DNA from: Hyphomicrobiales bacterium
GTDB taxonomy: Bacteria > Pseudomonadota > Alphaproteobacteria > Rhizobiales > OSC116
Length of the DNA stretch: 26,352 bases
Reading direction: 5' to 3'
Assembly (NCBI GenBank): GCA_013214985.1
Contig: JABSRY010000001.1
Coordinates: forward strand, 1 to 26,352
The position numbers were made by a program, and so were the translations under genes. The notes beneath the pieces were generated by a model. That model was not told the origin of the DNA. It did no database searches and saw only the letters and a program-made list of their open reading frames with translations. Numbering within the stretch: position 1 is the stretch's first letter; the number at the start of each line of letters is the position of its first letter. Positions 1 to 7,187 of this stretch are shown here, one piece after another.

Positions 1-36
1 TTCCGAGATCAAGTTACAGATAATTTCCGTATAATA

Positions 37-183
37 TCACATCAAGACTTTCGGGTCTTGGAGTGAGGCGTGTATAAGTGACTCAGGCGAAAATCGGCCA
101 TCATGAGATTTGACATCAAGTTTTGGAAATTCAACTTTAATTTTATCAATAATAGCTTGACGAAATATCATAATATTACTCAT
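37..183 (-). pseudogene. Mu gp37-like (tail terminator/neck) gene start, interrupted by in-frame TGA after 48 codons
   Basis: ATG at 183 overlaps the gpG stop (ATGA). Translation is MSNIMIFRQAIIDKIKVEFPKLDVKSHDGRFSPESLIHASLQDPKVLM*, and the frame stays open after the stop to position 1. The 'V.SH.GRF' pattern and position fit gp37-like proteins. Confidence 0.5.
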
Positions 184-620
184 GACAACACCTCATTGAT
201 AAACCCGTTAATGGTGTCCAAGATTTCCGATTCATCATCGGGACTAATGCCTAAATATGGCCTTGCGACAATACCGTCATCCTCACGGCCATATTGATGC
301 GTTGCTGCATAAATCAAATTAGACCCGACCGACACTTCATTTGATCCCACAATAAAAGTAATGCTATCAATCAAACTGCCATCGCTGTCTAATACGCTAT
401 GGCCACTATGACGGCTTTTTTTATAACCATCTGTCCAATCCGCCCACGGCGTACCATCAGGCGCGGTTTTAGTTTCTTCAAGCCGTCTTCGTGTTTGACT
501 TTCAACCAATCCACCAACTTGATCCAACAAATCAGTAATATGTAAATCAGCAACGCCATTCAGTTTATTAATCGCGGCATCAAGACCTGTTAAATTTAAA
601 TCAAAAGTAATTCCAGACAT
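180..620 (-). CDS. Phage virion morphogenesis protein (Mu gpG / tail completion S-like)
   Basis: Motifs 'TAPDGTPWA', 'L.DSDGSLIDSI', 'VGSNLIYAATHQYG', 'ARPYLGIS'. Confidence 0.9.
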   Translation of the reverse strand: MSGITFDLNLTGLDAAINKLNGVADLHITDLLDQVGGLVESQTRRRLEETKTAPDGTPWADWTDGYKKSRHSGHSVLDSDGSLIDSITFIVGSNEVSVGSNLIYAATHQYGREDDGIVARPYLGISPDDESEILDTINGFINEVLS

Positions 621-1033
621 TAGAGGCCTCTCTTAAAACGGCGAGGTGGTGCTTCTGAAAAAATGATCGTATTGACGGTTGATTGTTCTTCTTCTTTTCG
701 TGCCAAACCAAGCGTAAACAAACCAGACGCAACATCTTTTAAGAATTTACGGGCAATTGAATATCGCTCTTTAATATCATCCGTCATTAAACCGTCACCA
801 GCAGCCAATTCAAAAACCGCAATATCAACACAGTACGGCTTTAAAAGAGGCGGTACAGAACTAAGCGGCGTATTATACCGCTTGGCAATGTAGCCTTCCA
901 TAATCGAGCTTGCATTATTAAGCGCGTCATCGATGACAGCATCATTCATAACACCATCATGAGACTTGCTGCTCCAATAGCGCAACGTATCTTCGTCATA
1001 TTTATTTATGATGTCTTGCTTAACTGCGTACAT
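620..1033 (-). CDS. Mu gp36-like head-tail adaptor (DUF1320-like)
   Basis: N-terminal 'MYA...D', 'IEGYI..RY..PL', 'YCVDIA.F.L', 'RY..A.K.LKDVASG...LGL'; lies downstream of the capsid gene. Confidence 0.9.
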   Translation of the reverse strand: MYAVKQDIINKYDEDTLRYWSSKSHDGVMNDAVIDDALNNASSIMEGYIAKRYNTPLSSVPPLLKPYCVDIAVFELAAGDGLMTDDIKERYSIARKFLKDVASGLFTLGLARKEEEQSTVNTIIFSEAPPRRFKRGL

Positions 1034-1071
1034 TTTAAAAGCCCTTTAAAAGCTATTTAATGAAGGTTTAA

Positions 1072-1518
1072 TTAATCGTCTGAATTGTCAGAATTTTTAG
1101 CTGACTCGGTGGCGATTTCAACTTGTGCAAGCGCAAGAGTTTCAGCCGTTACTCTGAATTTCAAAATCTTAGTTAATTTTGTTACGCTAGGATTGCCATC
1201 TTGAAGTTTCGCTTCATCTGGTAAATCAATCAACATAGCCTTAAGCTCTGCATGATCTTCTTTACGCTTGGAGTTGATTTCTGCAATTTTTGCCGCATCC
1301 GCTTCTTTTTGCTCAGTTGTTTGTGCCGCTTTGATAACTTGATCTGCATCTAAATCATCAAGCATATAAGTCACAGATAACACGGGGTCATTTTTAAATT
1401 TTTCGAGCTGCTCTTTTGTAAAGTCTTCAATCTTAAGGGTCTGCTCAACACCTTTTGCAAATGAAACGCCATTACGAACACGCATAGCCGTTGCCACGAT
1501 AATTAATTTACCAATCAT
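1072..1518 (-). CDS. Mu gp35 / HI1506-like head accessory protein
   Basis: 'RVRNGVSFA', 'EQLEKFKNDPVLSV' and position after the capsid gene. Start moved to MIGKL (1518), which has GGTGA 5 nt upstream. Confidence 0.65.
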   Translation of the reverse strand: MIGKLIIVATAMRVRNGVSFAKGVEQTLKIEDFTKEQLEKFKNDPVLSVTYMLDDLDADQVIKAAQTTEQKEADAAKIAEINSKRKEDHAELKAMLIDLPDEAKLQDGNPSVTKLTKILKFRVTAETLALAQVEIATESAKNSDNSDD

Positions 1519-1544
1519 AATATTCACCATATTTATTTAGAGGA

Positions 1545-1572
1545 AGTGGTCAGGCAAAGCTGCCTAACCACT
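1545..1572 (-). promoter_or_regulatory. 12-bp stem-loop directly downstream of the capsid gene
   Basis: Minus strand AGTGGTTAGGCA-GCTT-TGCCTGACCACT (one G-U pair); no clear U-tract. Confidence 0.55.
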
Positions 1573-1599
1573 GATAAGAAGTTTAGGAACATGCAAAAC

Positions 1600-2499
1600 C
1601 TAAGCCTTCTTAAGCGCTGAAACTTTAACCGTTTTTAAAACGCGATACATTGAGTTGTCACCACCCGCAGCAAGTGTTTTCAGATCAAATAACTGAACTG
1701 CTTTAGAGCGGTTTTTATTACCAATAAGAATATGTGTTGGTGTAATATCCAACGGGTCACCATTCTCATTAACCAGATCGGCCATTGCATCAATCGCCGC
1801 GTTTACATTGGCTTCGGTCAATTCAGCTTTAGAGCCGTAAACCGTTTGCCAGAATGCATAGCCAACAGCACCTTCAACATCGGTTGAATAATAATTCTTG
1901 TTATTGTCATTAACTTTGTCGGATGTTTCAGGATCATCTTTTACGATAAATCTAGGCTTTTGTGCTTCTTGGAAAATCCAAGGCAGCACCGGTTGATTAA
2001 CATCGATCAAAATCCAAGGCTCTTCGATACCGTCTTGAAAGTTAGAAAATAACTGTTGTTTGCCAGCTACATAAATCGGATGATCATCATCAATAAAGTT
2101 TTGGCCATCAAAACAAGGTGACGTAAAGGAGGCAACAATCGCCTTAGTTAATAATTGTGTCGGCCATTTAGCAGCGGCCAAGCCCATGCCTTTAATGGCA
2201 ATTGCATAGCTGTTATGCTTATCGCGTTCAATTTTCTTACGAGGCACTTCAATAGTCGCTTCATAAGGTTTATTTCTGACTTTATAGTCATATTCACTAA
2301 GCGCTTTAACTTGCCTTGCGCCAAGCCATTCTTTTAATGAAGGTACTTCTGATAACCAGCTATAAATTTCTTCTTCATCATCAGAGCTGATTTTTTCAGC
2401 AAAAGGCATAACTAATGAAGTGTAAGACTTCAAACCCTTCTGAAAAGTAGCTTTAAATCCAGTGCGCAAACTGCGCATATTTTCGGATGACATATCCAT
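1600..2499 (-). CDS. Major capsid protein (Mu gpT family)
   Basis: 'F...FQKGL', 'S.DEEEIYSWL...P.LKEW.G.R', 'Y.ATIEV.R..IE.D', 'CFDGQNF.DDDHP', 'PWIFQE', 'GYAFWQ..YGS'; ~300 aa; likely start MDMSSEN at 2499. Confidence 0.96.
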   Translation of the reverse strand: MDMSSENMRSLRTGFKATFQKGLKSYTSLVMPFAEKISSDDEEEIYSWLSEVPSLKEWLGARQVKALSEYDYKVRNKPYEATIEVPRKKIERDKHNSYAIAIKGMGLAAAKWPTQLLTKAIVASFTSPCFDGQNFIDDDHPIYVAGKQQLFSNFQDGIEEPWILIDVNQPVLPWIFQEAQKPRFIVKDDPETSDKVNDNNKNYYSTDVEGAVGYAFWQTVYGSKAELTEANVNAAIDAMADLVNENGDPLDITPTHILIGNKNRSKAVQLFDLKTLAAGGDNSMYRVLKTVKVSALKKA

Positions 2500-2544
2500 A
2501 ATTCTATCCAATCTAAATAATAATAATTTTTGGGTTTTTAGCGC

Positions 2545-2937
2545 TTAAAGCTGAACCCAGACCAAGTCGTCAGAAAAATCGATGATTTTACCAGCGGGTG
2601 AGCGTGTGCCAGCGCCATCATCAGCAGCGACCGTTTCGTCATCAACCATGTAGGACATTTTACCAATGTCAGCAGCGGTAACGCCCGAAGGTTCAAAACC
2701 AAATACATTATTGCGCTCAACTGGCACCATTTTATCGCCATTCGCGCCAGTGCTGTTATTAACCAAAGTATCGCTTCGGCCATCTGCAATTAGGTTAAGC
2801 GCTGTTTTGGCAGGAATAGCAAAGCCATTTTCTAGCGCCACAAGTGCGCCTGTGTAAATAATAACGCCAGCTTTAACAGGGCGCACATAAACATTACCTG
2901 AGCGGGTTTGGGCGGGTTTGTTTCGAGTAAGAGCCAT
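2545..2937 (-). CDS. Putative capsid decoration/cement protein
   Basis: 'MALT.N', 'PVKAG..IY.GALVAL..GFA.PA', 'DIGK..Y.VDDETVA......RS.AG.I.....D.VWV'; sits between protease and capsid genes. Confidence 0.75.
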   Translation of the reverse strand: MALTRNKPAQTRSGNVYVRPVKAGVIIYTGALVALENGFAIPAKTALNLIADGRSDTLVNNSTGANGDKMVPVERNNVFGFEPSGVTAADIGKMSYMVDDETVAADDGAGTRSPAGKIIDFSDDLVWVQL

Positions 2938-2978
2938 TTGCTCATCTCCTTAAATTGTTAAAAGATCAGATAAATTAG

Positions 2979-3488
2979 CTATTCATCATTAGTCGCTAGA
3001 AATTCCTCATGAGAAATGCCCATATTCTTACAAATAGCTTTATCCATTTCAGAAAGTGATTTTCCATCGACATTTGGCAGTTTTGTATCGCCTGAAAGAC
3101 TTGAATTTGACGCTTTGATGCCATCAATCAGTTCTTTAACGTCCTTAAAACCCTTTTCAGTACTGCAAAGGCTTAAATATTGGTCTTTAACAGCGGGCAT
3201 GATTTTGCCAGTTTTTACCGCATCATCAATTAGTGAGTTAACGGCAACTACACGAGCGGCTTCCTCTTTTTTAGTTTTTTCAGATTGAAGTTTGTTTAGC
3301 TCGGCTTTAGCTTCAACTAACTCAGCACGCGGTGCAAATAATTTAATGTCAGGCGGCGTACTCGCTTTATTAAGTGCAAGTTCAGCGTCCTTTTTCATGG
3401 CGTTCAGAGCTTTCATCACGCTTTCATTGCTAGCATCAGGCTTTAAACCAAGCTCCTTGCATAGGGCTAAATATTCTTCTTCATTCAT
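2979..3488 (-). CDS. Nested in-frame scaffolding protein (Mu gpZ-like), internal start MNEEEY
   Basis: GGTGA Shine-Dalgarno 4 nt before an in-frame ATG at 3488, just after the protease domain; same layout as Mu I/Z. Confidence 0.6.
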   Translation of the reverse strand: MNEEEYLALCKELGLKPDASNESVMKALNAMKKDAELALNKASTPPDIKLFAPRAELVEAKAELNKLQSEKTKKEEAARVVAVNSLIDDAVKTGKIMPAVKDQYLSLCSTEKGFKDVKELIDGIKASNSSLSGDTKLPNVDGKSLSEMDKAICKNMGISHEEFLATNDE

Positions 3489-4010
3489 TTTATCACCTTT
3501 AGGGTTTGGAGTTTTTGACTGTCTGTTCTGTTTATTAAGCGCGGGCAATGCGACAAGGTTTGGCTTATGAACCAAGCCAATACTGGTTAATTTGAAAATT
3601 ATAAAATTTTTATCATGCCAAAATGCAGGGCTAATATAGCGATATTCTTTATCTGCAATCATTTGCTTGGCACTTGGTGTCCACTCAACTTTTGCAAAAA
3701 CCGCACCATCCACTATATAAAGAGACTTAACCCAACCAGAAGCCCGAACAGGCGCACCATCATAACTATCCCATTCGCTACCATGCTCATAATCCATTGG
3801 TAAATCGACCTTATCGTCATTAAAGTTTTTAACGATTTCTTCGGGTCTGTCATTATACCAATAGCGCCCATCACGGCCAATCACTCGACCAGCTGGTAGC
3901 ACCATTAATTCAGTAGGTACGTTTGCACCTTCGGTATTTAACTCAATTGAAGGCGCATAAACGGCAGTAGGTTCAGAATTTGTTTTATTAATTGCGTGTT
4001 TTTTTGTCAT
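2979..4010 (-). CDS. Mu-like prohead protease gpI (with C-terminal scaffold)
   Basis: 'LPAG...GRDGR', 'LP.DYEH', 'ASGWV', 'VEWT..A...IA.KEYRYISP.F', 'SIGLV.KPNL'. Confidence 0.95.
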   Translation of the reverse strand: MTKKHAINKTNSEPTAVYAPSIELNTEGANVPTELMVLPAGRVIGRDGRYWYNDRPEEIVKNFNDDKVDLPMDYEHGSEWDSYDGAPVRASGWVKSLYIVDGAVFAKVEWTPSAKQMIADKEYRYISPAFWHDKNFIIFKLTSIGLVHKPNLVALPALNKQNRQSKTPNPKGDKMNEEEYLALCKELGLKPDASNESVMKALNAMKKDAELALNKASTPPDIKLFAPRAELVEAKAELNKLQSEKTKKEEAARVVAVNSLIDDAVKTGKIMPAVKDQYLSLCSTEKGFKDVKELIDGIKASNSSLSGDTKLPNVDGKSLSEMDKAICKNMGISHEEFLATNDE

Positions 4011-4064
4011 GAGCTGACAATCGCATGCTCAAAAAATAATAAACAGTTGCGCAACTGCGCCACT
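4011..4064 (-). promoter_or_regulatory. Candidate activator-dependent late promoter of the head operon (Mu PI analogue)
   Basis: 24-bp motif 4041-4064 contains the perfect 14-bp palindrome CAGTTGCGCAACTG and is 23/24 identical to 11436-11459. TGnGATTGT lies at -15..-7 relative to the protease ATG. Confidence 0.7.
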
Positions 4065-4260
4065 TAAATAACTTTTAAAATGAGGGAATAACCAATTAAT
4101 ATGCAAATTACGCCAGAATGTAAATATGCATTATATAATAGGATATTAAAGTCGCCGTTAAAATACCCTTAAAAAGGGTAGAAACGCCAAATAGAAATTA
4201 AATACGCCATTATAGCTAAATTAACTACAAAGCTATTCTATGGGCTTTATTTTAGAAAAC

Positions 4261-4298
4261 TAGTGTAAGGTGATTTAAGTAGTGTAAGGTGATTTAAA
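4261..4298. repeat. Tandem direct repeat, 2 x 19 bp
   Basis: TAGTGTAAGGTGATTTAA(G) at 4261-4279 and TAGTGTAAGGTGATTTAA(A) at 4280-4298. Confidence 0.95.
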
Positions 4299-4474
4299 GC
4301 AATATGCCTCTCAGCATAAAAGCTTGAACAATAGATAGTCAGTGCACTACAATAAATGAAGGATAGTTGATCCGTCTGCTTGTTGACTTACTTAAGCTAA
4401 ATGTAAGTTTAAACGGTTCTAGCAGAAACCTAGTGGATTTCTTTGCAGTTTCTAAAACCGATAAGCACCACCAA

Positions 4475-5647
4475 CTATCCTTTTTCTATTTCTTTTATTG
4501 CGCGTTTCTTTTCTATTGGGTAAAATGCTTGCACATGCATGAAGCTAGCCTTAGATATATTCACCTCAACTTTAAACCATAACTTACCAACCAAATGTAA
4601 AATAGAATAATTCTTGCGGCGTTTGTCATGAAGAATATGCCCGTCATCAAGAATGGTCTGAATTTTGCCAAAATCATCAAATTTTAAATCAAACTTTTGC
4701 ACCTTGCGTGCTTCACGCTTTAAATTTAACGTATCCGTACCAATCATAATTGTAGACTTGTCAGTTTTGAATTTTTTGGCCATCCGTTCAGATATAGCAA
4801 TCGGAATATGTACCTTATTTTCATTTGGTAGAGCAGCAATGGTTTTAATATATTTCTCATCCGCCCATAATTCTTGAATAACCTTGCGGCCAGAAGCTTC
4901 ACCCGCCGTGGTAATGCGCCCCGTTAAATGTTGCATTAATGTATTGGCGCGGGCTTTGCCAGCATTGGTAGACCAGCCCGCATCAATATCAGCAGGAAGC
5001 TTTAATATTTCACCTGTGCGCTTATTGGTAAATTCTTTATATTCTATTTTAGGTGCGGATTTCTTAGGATCATATCCCTTACGTGCCGCCTCAACATTAG
5101 TAATTTGCCGAACGCGGCACTTACAACCCCAACCATTTGGGGGAAAATGCGTATCCCAATAAGCATGATTAACAGGCAATATCGTGCCCGCAATGGCGAC
5201 ATGATGTTCTCTATGATGTTCAGACGCGCCCAATTGATACATAAAATAAGGTAATGTTTTCTTGGTATGCTGGGCGCGTTCCCACTGTCCAGCAGCGCGG
5301 GCAGTTCTAATGTTAGCCCGATAAATGGTTTTAAGACGGCGGTCAGAACCCAATTGAACGGTTTTTAATTCACCCGTTAATGGATCTTCTCTAACCTGTT
5401 TACCCCACCAACCCTTTTCAATTAATTTAGGTTTTACACCTTCTTTAAAACCTTTACCTGATTTTTCGGACTTTATAAGTTCTGCTTGAAAGTCTTCTAA
5501 AATATCAAGCTGAGTGGCCTTAGCAACGCTCAAACTATGTGCGTGTTCTTCGCCCCAATTATCAAGCCAGCTAAAAGTAGGTTTTAAGGTTTTACGCTGG
5601 ATAAAGTCAATGCTTTGCTTAGAAAGTAAATCCGATAAATCAGTCAT
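4475..5647 (-). CDS. MuF (Mu gp30/gpF) head morphogenesis protein with C-terminal extension
   Basis: 'W.D.W.EEHA....VAKATQLDIL.D', 'KL..KGWWG', 'RL.TIY..N.RTA.AAGQW', 'HR.HH', 'H.P.NGWGCKCRV'; ~130 further residues follow the MuF domain. Confidence 0.93.
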   Translation of the reverse strand: MTDLSDLLSKQSIDFIQRKTLKPTFSWLDNWGEEHAHSLSVAKATQLDILEDFQAELIKSEKSGKGFKEGVKPKLIEKGWWGKQVREDPLTGELKTVQLGSDRRLKTIYRANIRTARAAGQWERAQHTKKTLPYFMYQLGASEHHREHHVAIAGTILPVNHAYWDTHFPPNGWGCKCRVRQITNVEAARKGYDPKKSAPKIEYKEFTNKRTGEILKLPADIDAGWSTNAGKARANTLMQHLTGRITTAGEASGRKVIQELWADEKYIKTIAALPNENKVHIPIAISERMAKKFKTDKSTIMIGTDTLNLKREARKVQKFDLKFDDFGKIQTILDDGHILHDKRRKNYSILHLVGKLWFKVEVNISKASFMHVQAFYPIEKKRAIKEIEKG

Positions 5648-7187
5648 GTTGATCACCTATCGCACGGGCGATAGTGCAACTCTCAGCCATAATTGTCCTA
5701 AAATCATTATTCTCTAATGTTGATAAATCCATTTCATCTATGATTTTTTGAACTTCTGCATAACTGGTAGCCGCATCAAATTTAGCCAATATCTTATCAA
5801 CCATTGAACCAGTAGCCACAACAAAGTCACTATATTGATCGGCTTCAAGATCATCTAATAATGTGTCGGCATTCACAGGCTGCTCAACCTTGTTTAAGGA
5901 TAATCTATTGATTGCCGCTTTTGGCTCAGTATTCAATTCCCCAACCGATAAAACTTTATCTTTTTTATCAGGCTCAGAAAACCCTAACCGCCCTCGAACC
6001 TCATTCATACTAACCACCAAACCTAAAGGAACAAGATTTTTGAGCGCATCTGTAATAGCAGCAACATCTTCTGCTTTTATGACTGGAAATGATATTTTTG
6101 GTGACTTTTGATCTGCGCCATAATTAATAAATACAAATACATCGATTAAATCCCGTTGAATAGTCGATGCCAAAATATCCGCATCACTCTCTAAAATATC
6201 TAATCTTACTTCATTATGTACATTCGCCTGAGCATTGCTTGACCCGTCTTCTGTTGTCATAGTCTGGCCAAGCACAGCCTTACTAATTAAACTCTCAAAA
6301 TATTTAGCCGCTTTTTCAAATATAATATCACCCTTAGCGGCAGTAGCGGCATGAACAAATTCTATATTCATACTTTCAGGAATAACCGCCGAACTATCAG
6401 AAGCCAAAGCTGCAACCGCCTTAGCTAATATGGCAATATCTTCTGGTTTAGTACCGCTGGGGTAACGGCCAAGGCGTAACGGCATACCAAACACTTCAAT
6501 GAATGCCATCCAATCCCGCGCACTAAAGCTTGAACACATCACCGACCAAAGCACCAAACGTGCTAAACCACCCCGAATAGGAATACCCGATTTTAACTTC
6601 GGAAAATGCGTAATGAATTTACCATATTCAAGCTCTATCGGGTCGCCATCATCTTGGCGCAATAATGGCCGTGATCTGCTTTCTTTATCAAACGTAAAAC
6701 TGCGTGGATCTACCCATTTATAATATTGTGGCAACCACATATTAGCCGTCATGGCATAAGTGATTTCACAAATAGAAAAACCCTTCGCCAATCCATCCAA
6801 AAGATCAGACATTAAGCCCTTAAATTCAGAGTTATTGACAAAGCCTTTAACCGTATCGCTAATTTCTAAGTCTTTTTTATCTTCACTGGCGGCTGTAACA
6901 ACAGCTTCTAAACCAACGACAGCACGCTTACGAGTACTTAATACTGAGCCATAATGAGGGCTACTTTCCTCAATTTCTTCTGCAACAGTTAAATAATCAA
7001 ACATATTGCCTTCGTTGGCCGACTTTATTAATGCCGCCGCCTTAGCTGGTGTTAAACTCAGCGCAACCGATTTGGTCTTAACCGATAAAACCCCATCTTT
7101 TGTAGGGGTGGTTTTTCGGGCTAATAATGATTTTGCATCATATTGCATTGGTAAACCACGATGGTCTAATATAAGTTTTGAGGTCAA
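5640..7187 (-). CDS. Portal protein (Mu gp29, DUF935-like)
   Basis: 'H..SVL.TRKRAV', 'L.DG..KGFS..EI', 'GGL.R...W', 'W..F.E.FG.PLR.G.Y', 'ISKAVLGQT.T', 'VH.EVR.D'. Confidence 0.95.
   Translation of the reverse strand: MTSKLILDHRGLPMQYDAKSLLARKTTPTKDGVLSVKTKSVALSLTPAKAAALIKSANEGNMFDYLTVAEEIEESSPHYGSVLSTRKRAVVGLEAVVTAASEDKKDLEISDTVKGFVNNSEFKGLMSDLLDGLAKGFSICEITYAMTANMWLPQYYKWVDPRSFTFDKESRSRPLLRQDDGDPIELEYGKFITHFPKLKSGIPIRGGLARLVLWSVMCSSFSARDWMAFIEVFGMPLRLGRYPSGTKPEDIAILAKAVAALASDSSAVIPESMNIEFVHAATAAKGDIIFEKAAKYFESLISKAVLGQTMTTEDGSSNAQANVHNEVRLDILESDADILASTIQRDLIDVFVFINYGADQKSPKISFPVIKAEDVAAITDALKNLVPLGLVVSMNEVRGRLGFSEPDKKDKVLSVGELNTEPKAAINRLSLNKVEQPVNADTLLDDLEADQYSDFVVATGSMVDKILAKFDAATSYAEVQKIIDEMDLSTLENNDFRTIMAESCTIARAIGDQHD

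Noticed and set aside
37-39. TGA recoding (alternative genetic code) to explain the gp37-like stop
   Set aside because: TGA is a normal stop in many coupled genes here (ATGA/TGATG overlaps)
43-60. CAAGAC-TTTCGG-GTCTTG hairpin
   Set aside because: Short stem within a coding frame; expected by chance
1034-1071. TTTAAAAGCCC-TTTAAAAGC phased repeat before gp36
   Set aside because: Only two to three turns, overlaps an RBS; too short to interpret
2461-2478. TGCGCAAACTGCGCA resembling the activator motif
   Set aside because: Spacing differs by one base, flanks do not match, and it lies inside the capsid coding sequence
4261-4298. CRISPR-like array
   Set aside because: Two adjacent copies with no spacer; no cas genes in the window
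4367-4582. + strand 71-aa ORF as a possible MuF immunity gene
   Set aside because: Wrong strand, TTG start, overlaps the MuF 3' end, low-complexity composition
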